From the NCBI RefSeq assembly GCF_006345805.1, contig NW_021836504.1:1-24647 (forward strand): a DNA stretch of 24,647 nucleotides. The letters are read 5' to 3'. The DNA comes from Octopus sinensis. Its lineage: Eukaryota. Shown one piece after another: positions 10,812 to 20,594 of this stretch. Within the stretch, counting starts at the first letter, position 1; the number at the start of each line of letters is the position of its first letter. A program made the position numbers and the translations under genes. The notes beneath the pieces were generated by a model, which ran no database searches, was not told the origin of the DNA, and saw nothing but the letters and a program-made list of their open reading frames with translations.

Positions 10812-11564
10812 AGCCGGGAACCAGCCATGCTGAATGTGGCTAGGGACATGGCGGGGTGGTGGGGGTTTACTGATGCATTTAGGCCCGGCCCCAGGCGACT
10901 ATAGACGTCACCATGTAGAGAGCCGACCCATCACGGTTTCCTTGCTAGCCTGTAAGGGAGATCAGCCTCCCCCCCGAAATACGGATGCTACACACGGACC
11001 GGTTTCGAGGTGGTCCCTCTCGTCAGCGCATGGCAAGCACCGTTCTTCGTTGAGGGACTTCCTCCACAGGCTAGAATAATATAGATTTTCACTGTAAACA
11101 CAGTCACTGGCGTCTAAAATCTGTTCGATAACAATAATAAATCTCTAAGCGAGGTATAAACAGTAACTGCTCTGTAATATAAGCGGGACCAGCCATCTGA
11201 ATGTGGCTAGGGACAGGGCGGGGTGGTGGGGGTGTTACTGATGCATTTAGTCCCAGGCGACTATAGACGTCACCAGGAGAGCCGACCATCACGGTGTCCT
11301 TGCTAGCCTGTAAAGGGAGATCAGCCTCCCCGAAGATACGGATGGTCTTCCACACGTATCTTCGGGGAGCTGATCTCCCTTTACAGGCTAGCAAGGACAC
11401 CGTGATGGTGTCGGCTCTCCTGGTGACGTCTATAGTCGCCTGGGCTAAATGCATCAGTAACACCCCCACCACCCCGCCCTGTCCCTAGCCACATTCAGAT
11501 GGCTGGTCCCGCTTATATTACAGAGCAGTTACTGTTTATACCTCGCTTAGAGATTTATTATTGT

Positions 11565-11567
<3 letters not shown>
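10805..11567 (-). mobile_element. Retrozyme-like hammerhead repeat: partial unit, one full 360-nt monomer and an inverted partial copy, inside (TA)n
   Basis: 10805-10996 is a diverged direct repeat of 11175-11356 (period 360 at the cleavage site); 11355-11567 is the reverse complement of 11128-11340; hammerhead at 10985-11040. Confidence 0.8.
10985..11040 (-). ncRNA. Type I hammerhead ribozyme with an intact canonical core; predicted cleavage between 10997 and 10996
   Basis: GUGCUUGC-CAUGCG-CUGACGA-GAGG(GACCA)CCUC-GAA-ACCGGU-C^CGUGUG-UAGCAU: all conserved core bases present, stem I 6 bp plus extension, stem II 4 bp, palindromic stem III ACCGGU, GUC triplet. Confidence 0.88.
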
Positions 11568-11595
<28 letters not shown>

Positions 11596-12011
11596 TATAA
11601 TAGATATATATATATATTATATATATATAAAATGAGATGTGTGTGTATTCGCTTTTCACGCGAAAACGGCGTCACCAGTTGCTCCCATACTTGTGATGTA
11701 TGAATAATTTGACCTCGGACATGTGTTAGACTCTCCATTTGATTTTTTTTTTATCAAAAATAAAAATTATTACTTTACATTTATGATTCACTTGTTTAAA
11801 TGTGTTTCTCAATGTCAACTTCCGGTATTGACGTAAAAACAAGCGAATTCTCTCACTCTCTATTTTAATGTTCGCTTGTTTGTAAACAACTGCGAAAGAA
11901 ATATTTACTAAATTCACAAATTTAAATATTCGGTACAAGATAGTTTTAACCGTGCTTGTATTTATACGTTTTTTTTTCCATTCTATGGTAATCTCGTTCA
12001 TTGTATGCACA

Positions 12012-12552
12012 CAATCGCCAGAAAAAACCAGAGGAATTTTCTTTCTTGGTGCTCCTGGTAGCACAGGTAAAACATTTGTAACATTGCTTCTCTGCAAGGT
12101 AAGGTAACAAAAAATTGCAGTTACTGAACCATTATCAAGGTTGATTGTGAAGGTATTATCTCCAAAAAAAAACGGCGAGCTGGCAGAAACGTTAGCACGC
12201 CGGGCGAAAGCCGTATTTCGTCTGTCGTTACGTTGTGAGTTCAAATTCCGCCGAGGTCGACTTTGCCTTTCATCCTTTCGGAGTCGATAAATTAAGTACC
12301 AGTTACGCACTAGGGTTTATATAATCGACTTAATACCTATGTCTGTCCTTGTTTGTCCCCTCTGTGTTTAGCCCCTTGTGGGTAATAAAGAAATAGGTAT
12401 TATCACCTAATGTGACAGTAGCTACTATCATTACTGGATGTGTCCCTGGGCAAGAGGTTTTCATTCCAAGAATTAAAATCAAACCAACAAATATACCATT
12501 TGAGGTACAATTTCCAGTGCGACTTTGCTTTGCAATGTCTATTAATAAAGCA
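12012..12552 (+). pseudogene. Helitron RepHel PIF1-type helicase remnant, internally deleted and SINE-interrupted
   Basis: GIFFLGAPGSTGKTF (Walker A; Helitron FFLDAPGGTGKTF), then RLIVKVLSP / VLSPNVTVATIITGCVPGQEVFIPRI..PFEVQFPVRLCFAMSINKA (Helitron QFPVRL.FAMSINKAQGQ). Confidence 0.88.
12172..12394 (+). mobile_element. SINE family A inserted in the Helitron remnant with a 13-bp TSD
   Basis: TSD AGGTATTATCTCC (12151-12163) and AGGTATTATCACC (12395-12407); helicase homology resumes after the insert. Confidence 0.9.
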
Positions 12553-12661
12553 GTGTTATTATACGCCTCTCCACCACAAAAAACACGTGATAGCAAAGAC
12601 GAACTACTTAACTACACAACTATGTAGGCACCTGTTTGCTACCGTATTTAAATCATATTTG

Positions 12662-12881
12662 GTATTGGATTCAAATTCCTGCACAAGGCCAGAAATTTAA
12701 GAAAGGTGTTCAAGTCGATTACATCGATTCCAGTGTTCAACTGGTACTTACTTTATCAACCCGGAAAGTGATGAAAGGTAAAATCAACCTCGGCGGAATT
12801 TGAACTCCGAACGCAAAGGCAGATGAAAAGCTGCTAAGCATTTTGCGCGGCGTGCTAACGATTCTGCCAGCGAGCTGCCTT
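12662..12881 (-). mobile_element. SINE family A
   Basis: Head, B box and core match other copies. Confidence 0.85.
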
Positions 12882-12895
12882 ATTGCACCGTATAG

Positions 12896-13065
12896 ATATT
12901 GGTTTCAAATTTTGGCACAAGGCCAGCAAGTTCGGAGGTGGGGGGGGGGAAGTCGTTTACGGTGACCTCGTTATTCAACTAGTACTTATTTTATCAACCC
13001 TGAATTTGATGAAAGGCAAAGTCAACCTCTGCGGAATTTGAACTCGTCTGCCAGCAAACTGCCTT
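12896..13065 (-). mobile_element. SINE family A with an internal head deletion
   Basis: Core and B box present; sequence between B box and A box missing (AACTC|GTCTGCC). Confidence 0.8.
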
Positions 13066-13602
13066 ATTGCGTTTTATAAATATAGAACTTGTAACTCCAG
13101 ATTGTCAGTGATATGTCCAACAGCATGTGAACGTTTTCGAAATGCTTGGCTTTCTTTGGGTTTCAAGGGAGAGCACTGCATTTCGTGACTGCATATTTAT
13201 ACATTGTAGGATACAACTTTTAGTTTGCTCTACGGTGTTTTTATCTTTTATTCGTTCCAGTCATTTGACTGTGAGTATGCTGGTGCTGTTTCTATTTTAT
13301 TACATCCTCATTCCCCGATTACTCCGCGGCGACTTTGTGTATCATTAGCACCACGCCATCTTAGAACGAATTGTCAGTCATGTGAGTTTCCGAAAATTTT
13401 AATGGGGCTATAAATCCCAATATTTCATTACATCTAGTGAATGAATATATGTTTTAAGCTAGTACATACAGCTGTGTTTTTATCTAGCGATCAAAATTTT
13501 GTTTATGGCGATATTTCAAAGAGAAACAATGAGAGTTATTTTACAAAAAAAAAATATTGTGACAGCTTTGAAATTATGTATTTATTTTTTTAATTTTATC
13601 TA

Positions 13603-13632
13603 GTTTCAGCTCACGAGCTGTGGCCATGCTGG

Positions 13633-13637
<5 letters not shown>
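13603..13637 (-). mobile_element. Orphan retroposon 3' tail
   Basis: TGCCCCAGCATGGCCACAGCTCGTGAGCTGAAAC, the same motif as the CR1-type and SINE B tails. Confidence 0.65.
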
Positions 13638-13667
<30 letters not shown>

Positions 13668-13761
13668 TTACCCACACACATACGTACATACATACAGACA
13701 GACAGACAGTCAGACAGATAGGTAGGTTGGTAGATCAATATATATATATATATATATAGTG

Positions 13762-13815
<54 letters not shown>

Positions 13816-13964
13816 CATGAATACACAGGCGCGCACGCGCAGATATTAAATGCATAAATGTATGTCATTCGTGAATGCATGTATATATGCCATAATCAAA
13901 CTCAAACGAACAGAAATGTTAGATCGTTCATAAATATGCACATTAATAAATCCTGAAATCCTTT

Positions 13965-14160
13965 AAAATGTTTCAGCCCGAAAGCTGCGGCCATGCTGGG
14001 TCACCACCGTTCAATGTGCTACACTAGTATGTGAAAGCACCTCTGATACGTGGCACTTGGTCAACAAGGGAATTCGACGCCGCTGCCCGCATCTGTGTTT
14101 CCTGCCGAGGGGTAGGTTCATCTGGAACCCTGACAAGAGATCCAGTTTAGTTTTAAACTC
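13965..14160 (-). mobile_element. 3' end of a CR1-type LINE (ORF2 C-terminus, stop codon, 3' stem-loop)
   Basis: EFKTKLDL/frameshift/RVPDEPTPRQETQMRAAASNSLVDQVPRIRGAFTY* (stop 14024-14026) fits the invertebrate CR1-group pattern FK..LD..L..VPDEP...RAA.SNSL..Q recalled from memory; followed by CCAGCATGGCCGCAGCTTTCGGGCTGAAAC. Confidence 0.65.
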
Positions 14161-14178
14161 TATATATGAATGTATACA

Positions 14179-14248
<70 letters not shown>

Positions 14249-14256
14249 CACACACC

Positions 14257-14306
<50 letters not shown>

Positions 14307-14800
14307 GTTGTGTGTGTGTGTACGCTCAAATATGGATGAACATGGATGCATACAAAGCCATACACATATATTATACATTTATGTATTTATGTACTATTTT
14401 GTAATCATCATCATCATAACCATCATCACGACTCAATTAAGCTATCCACCCAATTAGTCAGACAGCCAGACAGCCAGAGAGACAGACAGGCAGTCAGTCA
14501 GCTTGCACACCCATTCAAAATATTACACAAAGAAGTTAAGCATCACAGATTTTTTTTATACACAATTTAATAGCAGAAGGTCCCATAAAAAGCTCTTTTC
14601 AAAAAACCAGTGAAGTTTATTGAGTTTTCTTTCTTTATGTATATATATATATTATATACAATCATCCCCCCAACCCACGCCTACACACATATACATAGAC
14701 CGCGCTATCTCCGAGGGATTTTTTCAAACTTTTTTAGTTCCAGGTTTTTTTTTTTTTTCTACCATTTTTAAAATAGAGGAAATTATCAAATCGCAGGAGA

Positions 14801-14839
<39 letters not shown>

Positions 14840-14860
14840 ATATATATGTATATGTATATA

Positions 14861-15493
14861 TGATATGTATGTATGTATGTACCTTTGTATGTATAAATAA
14901 TATGATATATCTAGTTTTGTACTGATGTTTGAATTTTTCGAAATCCCTTATCTCTCTTCCCTTTTCCCTTCTCCTCTCTATCTCTCTCTCTCTCTTAATC
15001 AATCTGTCTATCTATCCATCTATCAACTTATATATAAAAATATCCCATAAACATTGCCTCGCTCTCTTTCATTTATTCGATCACTAACTCCTCACATATT
15101 CAATCGATCATTCGATAAATCACTTAAATATTATTTTGCTTTTGCTTATGTGTATTGAAGTGAGTGTATATGCTTGTGTGTTTGCATAGAGATATTGCTA
15201 ACTTCCATATGTTACATATGTACACACGTACGGGTTGGCATAGGCGCGAATATATGTGTATGGGAATCTCTCTATGTGAGAATATGTGTGTGTATATATA
15301 CAGGCATGTATATGTGTTTGAAAACATTCGTTAATGAGTATGCATAAATATTACATACGCACATACATAAATGTTCGTAATTAAGCCTAAATTTTGTATG
15401 GAGATTTACTATACAAGCAGCGGTACATACATCCATCCATACATACATACACTCAAATATACACACATACATATATATATCTATATCTATATC

Positions 15494-15532
<39 letters not shown>

Positions 15533-15534
15533 TA

Positions 15535-15580
<46 letters not shown>

Positions 15581-16389
15581 CATACACCCATACGTTCACA
15601 TATGTTTGTGTGTGAGTCTGTGTAAATGACCAGATAAGAAGAGAAGAAATGAGAGAGAGAATAGAGATTTATTCCATTGTTGACAGCTGTTTCGTAATCT
15701 GTTAGTTACATAAGCAACGCTACACCATCCGTCATATATATATATATATGTTATTGATGTATGTAGTACCTTGTATTATAAACTAATATGATATATCTAG
15801 TTTTGTACTGATGTTTGAACTTTTTCGAAATCCCTTATCTCTCTTCCTCTTTTTCCCTTCCTCCTCTCTCCTCTCTCTCTCTCTTAATCAATCTGTCTAT
15901 CTATCCATCTATCAACTTATATATAAAAATATCCCATATAAACATTGCCTCGCTCTCTTTCATTTATTCGATCACTAACTCCTCACATATTCAATCGATC
16001 ATTCGATAAATCACTTAAATATTATTTTGCTTTTGCTTATGTGTATTGAAGTTGAGTGTATATGCTTGTGTGTTTGCATAGAGATATTGCTAACTTCCAT
16101 ATGTACATATGTACACACGTACGGGTTGGCATAGGCGCGAATATATGTGTATGTATGAATCTCTCTATGTGAGAATATGTGTGTGTATATATACAGGCAT
16201 GTATATGTGTTTGAAAACATTCGTTAATGAGTATGCATAAATATACATACGCACATACATAAATGTTCGTAATTAAGCCTAAATTTTGTATGGAGATTTA
16301 CTTATACAAGCAGCGGTATATACATCCATCTATACATACATACACTCAAATATACACATACATACATATATACATCTATATCTACTATA

Positions 16390-16469
<80 letters not shown>

Positions 16470-16640
16470 TATATACATACCACATACGTTCACATATGTT
16501 TGTGTGTGAGTCTGTGTAAACTGACCAGATAAGAGAAGAGAAATGAGAGAATAGAGATTTATTCCATTAGTTGACAGCTGTTTCGTAATCTGTTAGTTAC
16601 ATAAGCAACGCTACACCATCCGTCATATATATATATATAT
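14861..16640. repeat. Tandem duplication of ~886 bp (about 14861-15748 and 15755-16640)
   Basis: TATGATATATCTAGTTTTGTACTG at 14901 and 15787; both copies end CTACACCATCCGTCATATAT; differences are mostly small indels. Confidence 0.92.
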
Positions 16641-16651
16641 TGAATATACAT

Positions 16652-16771
16652 GCTTACGGCCATATCATGTTGAAAGCACCGGTTCTAGTTTGATCACCGA
16701 AGTTAAGCAACATTGAGCCTAGTTAGTACTTAGATGGGTGACCGCTTGGAAAGCCCAAGTACTGTAAGCAT
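16652..16771 (+). rRNA. 5S rRNA-derived sequence, full length (120 nt), probably a pseudogene or SINE head
   Basis: GCTTACGGCCATATCATGTTGAAAGCACCGG...GATCACCGAAGTTAAGC...AGTTAGTACTTAGATGGGTGACCGC...GTACTGTAAGCAT; boxes A and C present; several CpG-type changes disturb stems. Confidence 0.9.
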
Positions 16772-16835
16772 TCCATTTTATAACAATGGTGCCCCAGCTG
16801 ACCGCAGATTTAAAGCTGAAACGCTTAAGAGAAAA
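16772..16835 (+). mobile_element. Retroposon 3' tail directly downstream of the 5S copy
   Basis: GGTGCCCCAGC-TGACCGCAGATTTAAAGCTGAAAC..AAGAGAAAA aligns with the SINE B and CR1-type tails. Confidence 0.7.
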
Positions 16836-16847
16836 TATATATGAATA

Positions 16848-18082
16848 TACCAGGTTGAGACAAATGTTTTTTTCGTGTTTCAATCTTTATTTAATAGTTC
16901 AAACAAATTACGAAGAGCGTTTATTTATCAAAATTTATCCAATCATATTCCGTTGTCTGTTGCCATCGTTATGTCTGAAGCTAAATTTCTCGCTTATACC
17001 ATTTGCCTGGTTCAGAAGCAAAAGAAACCCCTGCACCGGTTTGCAACCTTACTCACTTTGTCGAACCTCCGGCTGTGAAGGGGATGAGCCGTGGCCCAGA
17101 AAAAGTAGAAATCTGATGGTACAAGGTCTGGATTATAGGCAAGGTAAGGCAGCGCTTCCATCCCTTCAAGTTCCTCAAGTTTGCGCTGGGTGACATTGAT
17201 GGTCTGTGGTGTGGGGAAGGGGCGTTGTCATATTGTAATAATGCACATCTTTGATTGACCATTGACGAGTAGCTTTCAAAGCATCATATACTCGCTGAAG
17301 TTATTGGGCATAAAGGTTAGCGCTCAGAACATGCACATCTGGGACAAGTTCAAAGTGCAACGCCACCTCGAAATTACACCAAATCACATAACATAACATT
17401 CTGTTCAAACTGCCCGGAACTAAGCTATTGATTTTTCTTATTTGGATAATGAAAATAAATGAAGTTTTCATCCCCTGTTATAGTTCGACGCCAATGACGG
17501 GCATCTCAAGGATTTGCCAGCAGCTGTTTGTAAATGTTCATACGTCGTTGAGCCTGGTCATGAAGGGCTTCTCAACAACGTCTATTCACAAGGTTGAGCT
17601 TTTGGAGGTGTCTATTGATGGTGCTTTGTAAAGGACCAAGTTCTGTCGACCATGTACGAGTGCTTGTGCTTGGCTCAACCATTTCAAACAAGGCCACATC
17701 TTCTACATCAGAAGGTCTCCCTCGCCTTGGATTGCCTTTGAGGATCGCATCACTTTCCTAGAAACGTCTGAACTAGTTTTATGCTACACATTTGTTAACA
17801 GTTCCTAGGCCTTTTACATCATTTATTTCTTTTGCCACTGCCATCAATTCTTCCTTTTCCACATGTAGCGTAAAATGGCTCTAATTGCAATTATTTCACC
17901 ACTCATTATCAAAGCTTTAAAATTAAGAATAACCAATAAATGTTTATATGTTATATATGAAAACAACGTATCAACAATCCAGGAATCATTGCACAACAAT
18001 GAAATCAGTGATATAACATGGAAGTACTAGTTGCCAAAAATCATCAGTGAAAATCCGAAAAAACTTTTGACTCACCCTGGTA
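16848..18082 (-). mobile_element. Full-length (~1.24 kb) decayed mariner DNA transposon
   Basis: TIRs TACCAGGTTGAGACAAATGTTT and AAACTTTTGACTCACCCTGGTA (3 mismatches), flanked by TA. Confidence 0.92.
16921..17906 (-). pseudogene. Mariner transposase pseudogene
   Basis: MSGEIIAIRAILRY.., RRGRPSDV, ITGDENFIY, LLQYDNAP, YNPDLVPSDF (mariner TGDEKW, HDNARPH, YSPDLAPSD); many stops and frameshifts. Confidence 0.9.
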
Positions 18083-18365
18083 TATGCACACCCCATATAT
18101 ATAATTGTGATGTAACACAAAGAACTGACTACACTTTCGGACTTTCCATGTCAAGTTAAGACACTAGACTCTACTGTATAGCAAAGAGTTTCATCATATA
18201 GTCACAGACAATAGATGTATTCGGCAGATTCCACTCCTTACAAATACTAGAATTATCTTATATGAATTGCATTAATGAAGTGATAACAGTGGATGAATAC
18301 AAATTCTGGTAAAAAGGTAAATACAATAAAATAAATAAAATAAAGGTTAAAACATTATATTTACT

Positions 18366-18574
18366 ATCTTTTTACTTGTTTCAGTCATTTGACTATGGCC
18401 ATGCCGGAGCAACGCCTTTAGTCGAGCAAATCAACACCATGACTTATTCTTTGTAAGCCTAGAACTTATTCTATCGGTCTCTTTTGCCGAACCGCTAAGT
18501 TACGGGGACGTAAACACACCAACATCGGTTGTCAAGCGATGCTGGTGGGGGGGACAAACAACGCACACACATTA

Positions 18575-18629
<55 letters not shown>

Positions 18630-18828
18630 ATATATTATATATATATATACATATATACGACGGACTTCTTTCATGTTCCGTCGTATATATATATATATAA
18701 CATATATACGACGGACTTCTTTCAGTTTCCGTCTACCAAATCCACTCACAAGGTTATAGTAGAAGACACCTGCCCAAGGTGCCACGCAGAACCATGTGAT
18801 TGGTAAGCAAGCTACTTACCACACAGCC
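18366..18828 (-). mobile_element. SINE family B with internal deletions and a small inversion-duplication
   Basis: Tail, body and head match family B. Confidence 0.88.
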
Positions 18829-19063
18829 TGAAAACTATTTTAGAATATTTTTTCAATGAGTGCTTGATGAAACATATTAAATTTGATTTTTCCACAAAAT
18901 ATACTTGCAAAATACAGTATTCCCAAAAATTTCGTTCATCGTACCGTAGTATGTAAAGGAATAAACCATATGATGCAAAAATAGAGAATAAGATAACGAT
19001 AAATGAATGAATAAATAGAAAAAATACATAGAGAAGAAAAAGTATGGAGAAAAGGAAGAGAAA

Positions 19064-19279
19064 TGGCTCTGTGGTAAGTAAGTAGCTTGCTTACCAAACA
19101 CATTGTTCTGGGTTCAGTCCCATTGCGTGGCACCTTGGCAAGTGTCTTCTAGTATAGCCTCGGACCGACCAAAGCTTTGTGAGTGGATTTGGTAGACGGA
19201 AACTGAAAGAAGCCCGTCGTATATATGTATGTATGTGTGTGAATATATAATATATATATATATATATATATAATATATA

Positions 19280-19311
<32 letters not shown>

Positions 19312-19324
19312 TGTGTGTGTGTGG

Positions 19325-19357
<33 letters not shown>

Positions 19358-19580
19358 CATGTATGTATGTATGTATGTATGTATGTATGTATGTATGTAT
19401 GTATGTGTGTATATATTTGTGTGTCTGTGTTTGTCCCCCAACATCGCTTGACAACCGGGCTGGTGTGTTTACGTCCCCGTAACTAGGCTTACAAAGAATA
19501 AGTCCTGGAGTCGATGTCTTCGACTAAATGCGGTGCTCCAGCATAGCTACAGTCAAATGACTGAAACAAGTAAAAGAGTA
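19064..19580 (+). mobile_element. SINE family B with an expanded internal microsatellite
   Basis: Head with B box GGTTCAGTCCC, CORE-like domain, tail CAGTCAAATGACTGAAACAAGTAAAAGAG. Confidence 0.88.
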
Positions 19581-19677
19581 AAAAAAGTATGAATAAACAG
19601 GGTTTTGAATATCGAGATAGGAGACTGTGTATGTAAAGGCAATGCATATGTTTTTGGAAAGAGAGATACTTAGTTAC

Positions 19678-19717
19678 CGTAGCAGAGAGTCCTGAACTGT
19701 TGGAATTTCATGTACGA
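19678..19717 (-). CDS. Candidate 40-nt exon
   Basis: tttctgtcctgaatcag|TC..CTACG|gtaact; reads (L)VHEIPTVQDSLL(R) in phase with the 21512-21566 exon. Confidence 0.35.
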
Positions 19718-20054
19718 CTGATTCAGGACAGAAATGTCATTCCAAGACCATTGATAATGGCAAAAACGTACATGCACACACACACCTCCTATGAATGTTC
19801 TTAGACACATTCATACGCATACCTTCACATACATACGCTCACACACAAACACACACACACACGCATGCGCACTTTAACTCACACACACACACACACACCA
19901 GATCTCATAAATTATTTATATCAAAACAGTAATTCCATAAATAGCAGAAGTTCATCGCTTGGTTTAAGGGATCAGATCTATTTATACCATCATTTGTGTA
20001 TATATATATACATACATATATATTCATAAGCATATATACACAGATGATATTCAC

Positions 20055-20368
20055 ACCTACATATATACATGCATACATACATACATACATACATACATAC
20101 ATACATACATACATACATACATACATACATACGTACATACATACGTACGTACATACATACATATATACATACGACATACATACATACATACATACATATA
20201 TACATACATACATACAATACATACATCCATCCATACATACGTACATACATACGTACGTACATAATACGTACATACATACATACGTACATACATACGTACA
20301 TACATACATACATGCGTACATACATACATACATACATACATACATACATACATACATACATACATACA
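20055..20368. repeat. (TACA)n microsatellite with TACG variants
   Basis: Direct reading. Confidence 0.95.
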
Positions 20369-20594
20369 ACGATTCATACTCTAACTCATTAGCAATCCTA
20401 AGAGTTAGGATATACTAGTTAAAGTTACATACTATGTAAATGAAAACGAGAGGCTAAAAGTGAGGGATCAGATATAATCAATACAATAAAGTACGAGAAA
20501 CATAAAGCTAGAAGTAAGGTAAGTGTGGGAGGGTTACATTTTAGAATTAACTGGTGGTATAATTAGCGCTCTCGAGTTCACGCTTATCGTATAA

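Noticed and set aside
11238-11260. CTGATGC as a second hammerhead in the retrozyme-like unit
   Set aside because: Core mismatch and no GAAA or stem II.
11726-12310. 194-aa minus-strand ORF
   Set aside because: Antisense to a SINE and the Helitron remnant; no recognisable motifs.
14028-14111. Plus-strand 84-nt exon candidate YVKAPLIRGTWSTREFDAAARICVSCRG with a GTAGGT donor
   Set aside because: The opposite strand is better explained as a CR1-type ORF2 C-terminus with its tail; the acceptor is weak.
16652-16771. Functional 5S rRNA gene
   Set aside because: Single copy, CpG-type changes in stems, and an attached retroposon tail.
18190-18307. Strong minus-strand acceptor (tttttaccag) near 18307
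   Set aside because: All three frames hit a stop within 17 codons and there is no good donor; at most a terminal or non-coding exon.
19905-20418. Overlapping 100-154 aa ORFs (YVCM and HTYI repeats)
   Set aside because: (TACA)n microsatellite; the YI, HT and CV repeat ORFs elsewhere have the same cause.
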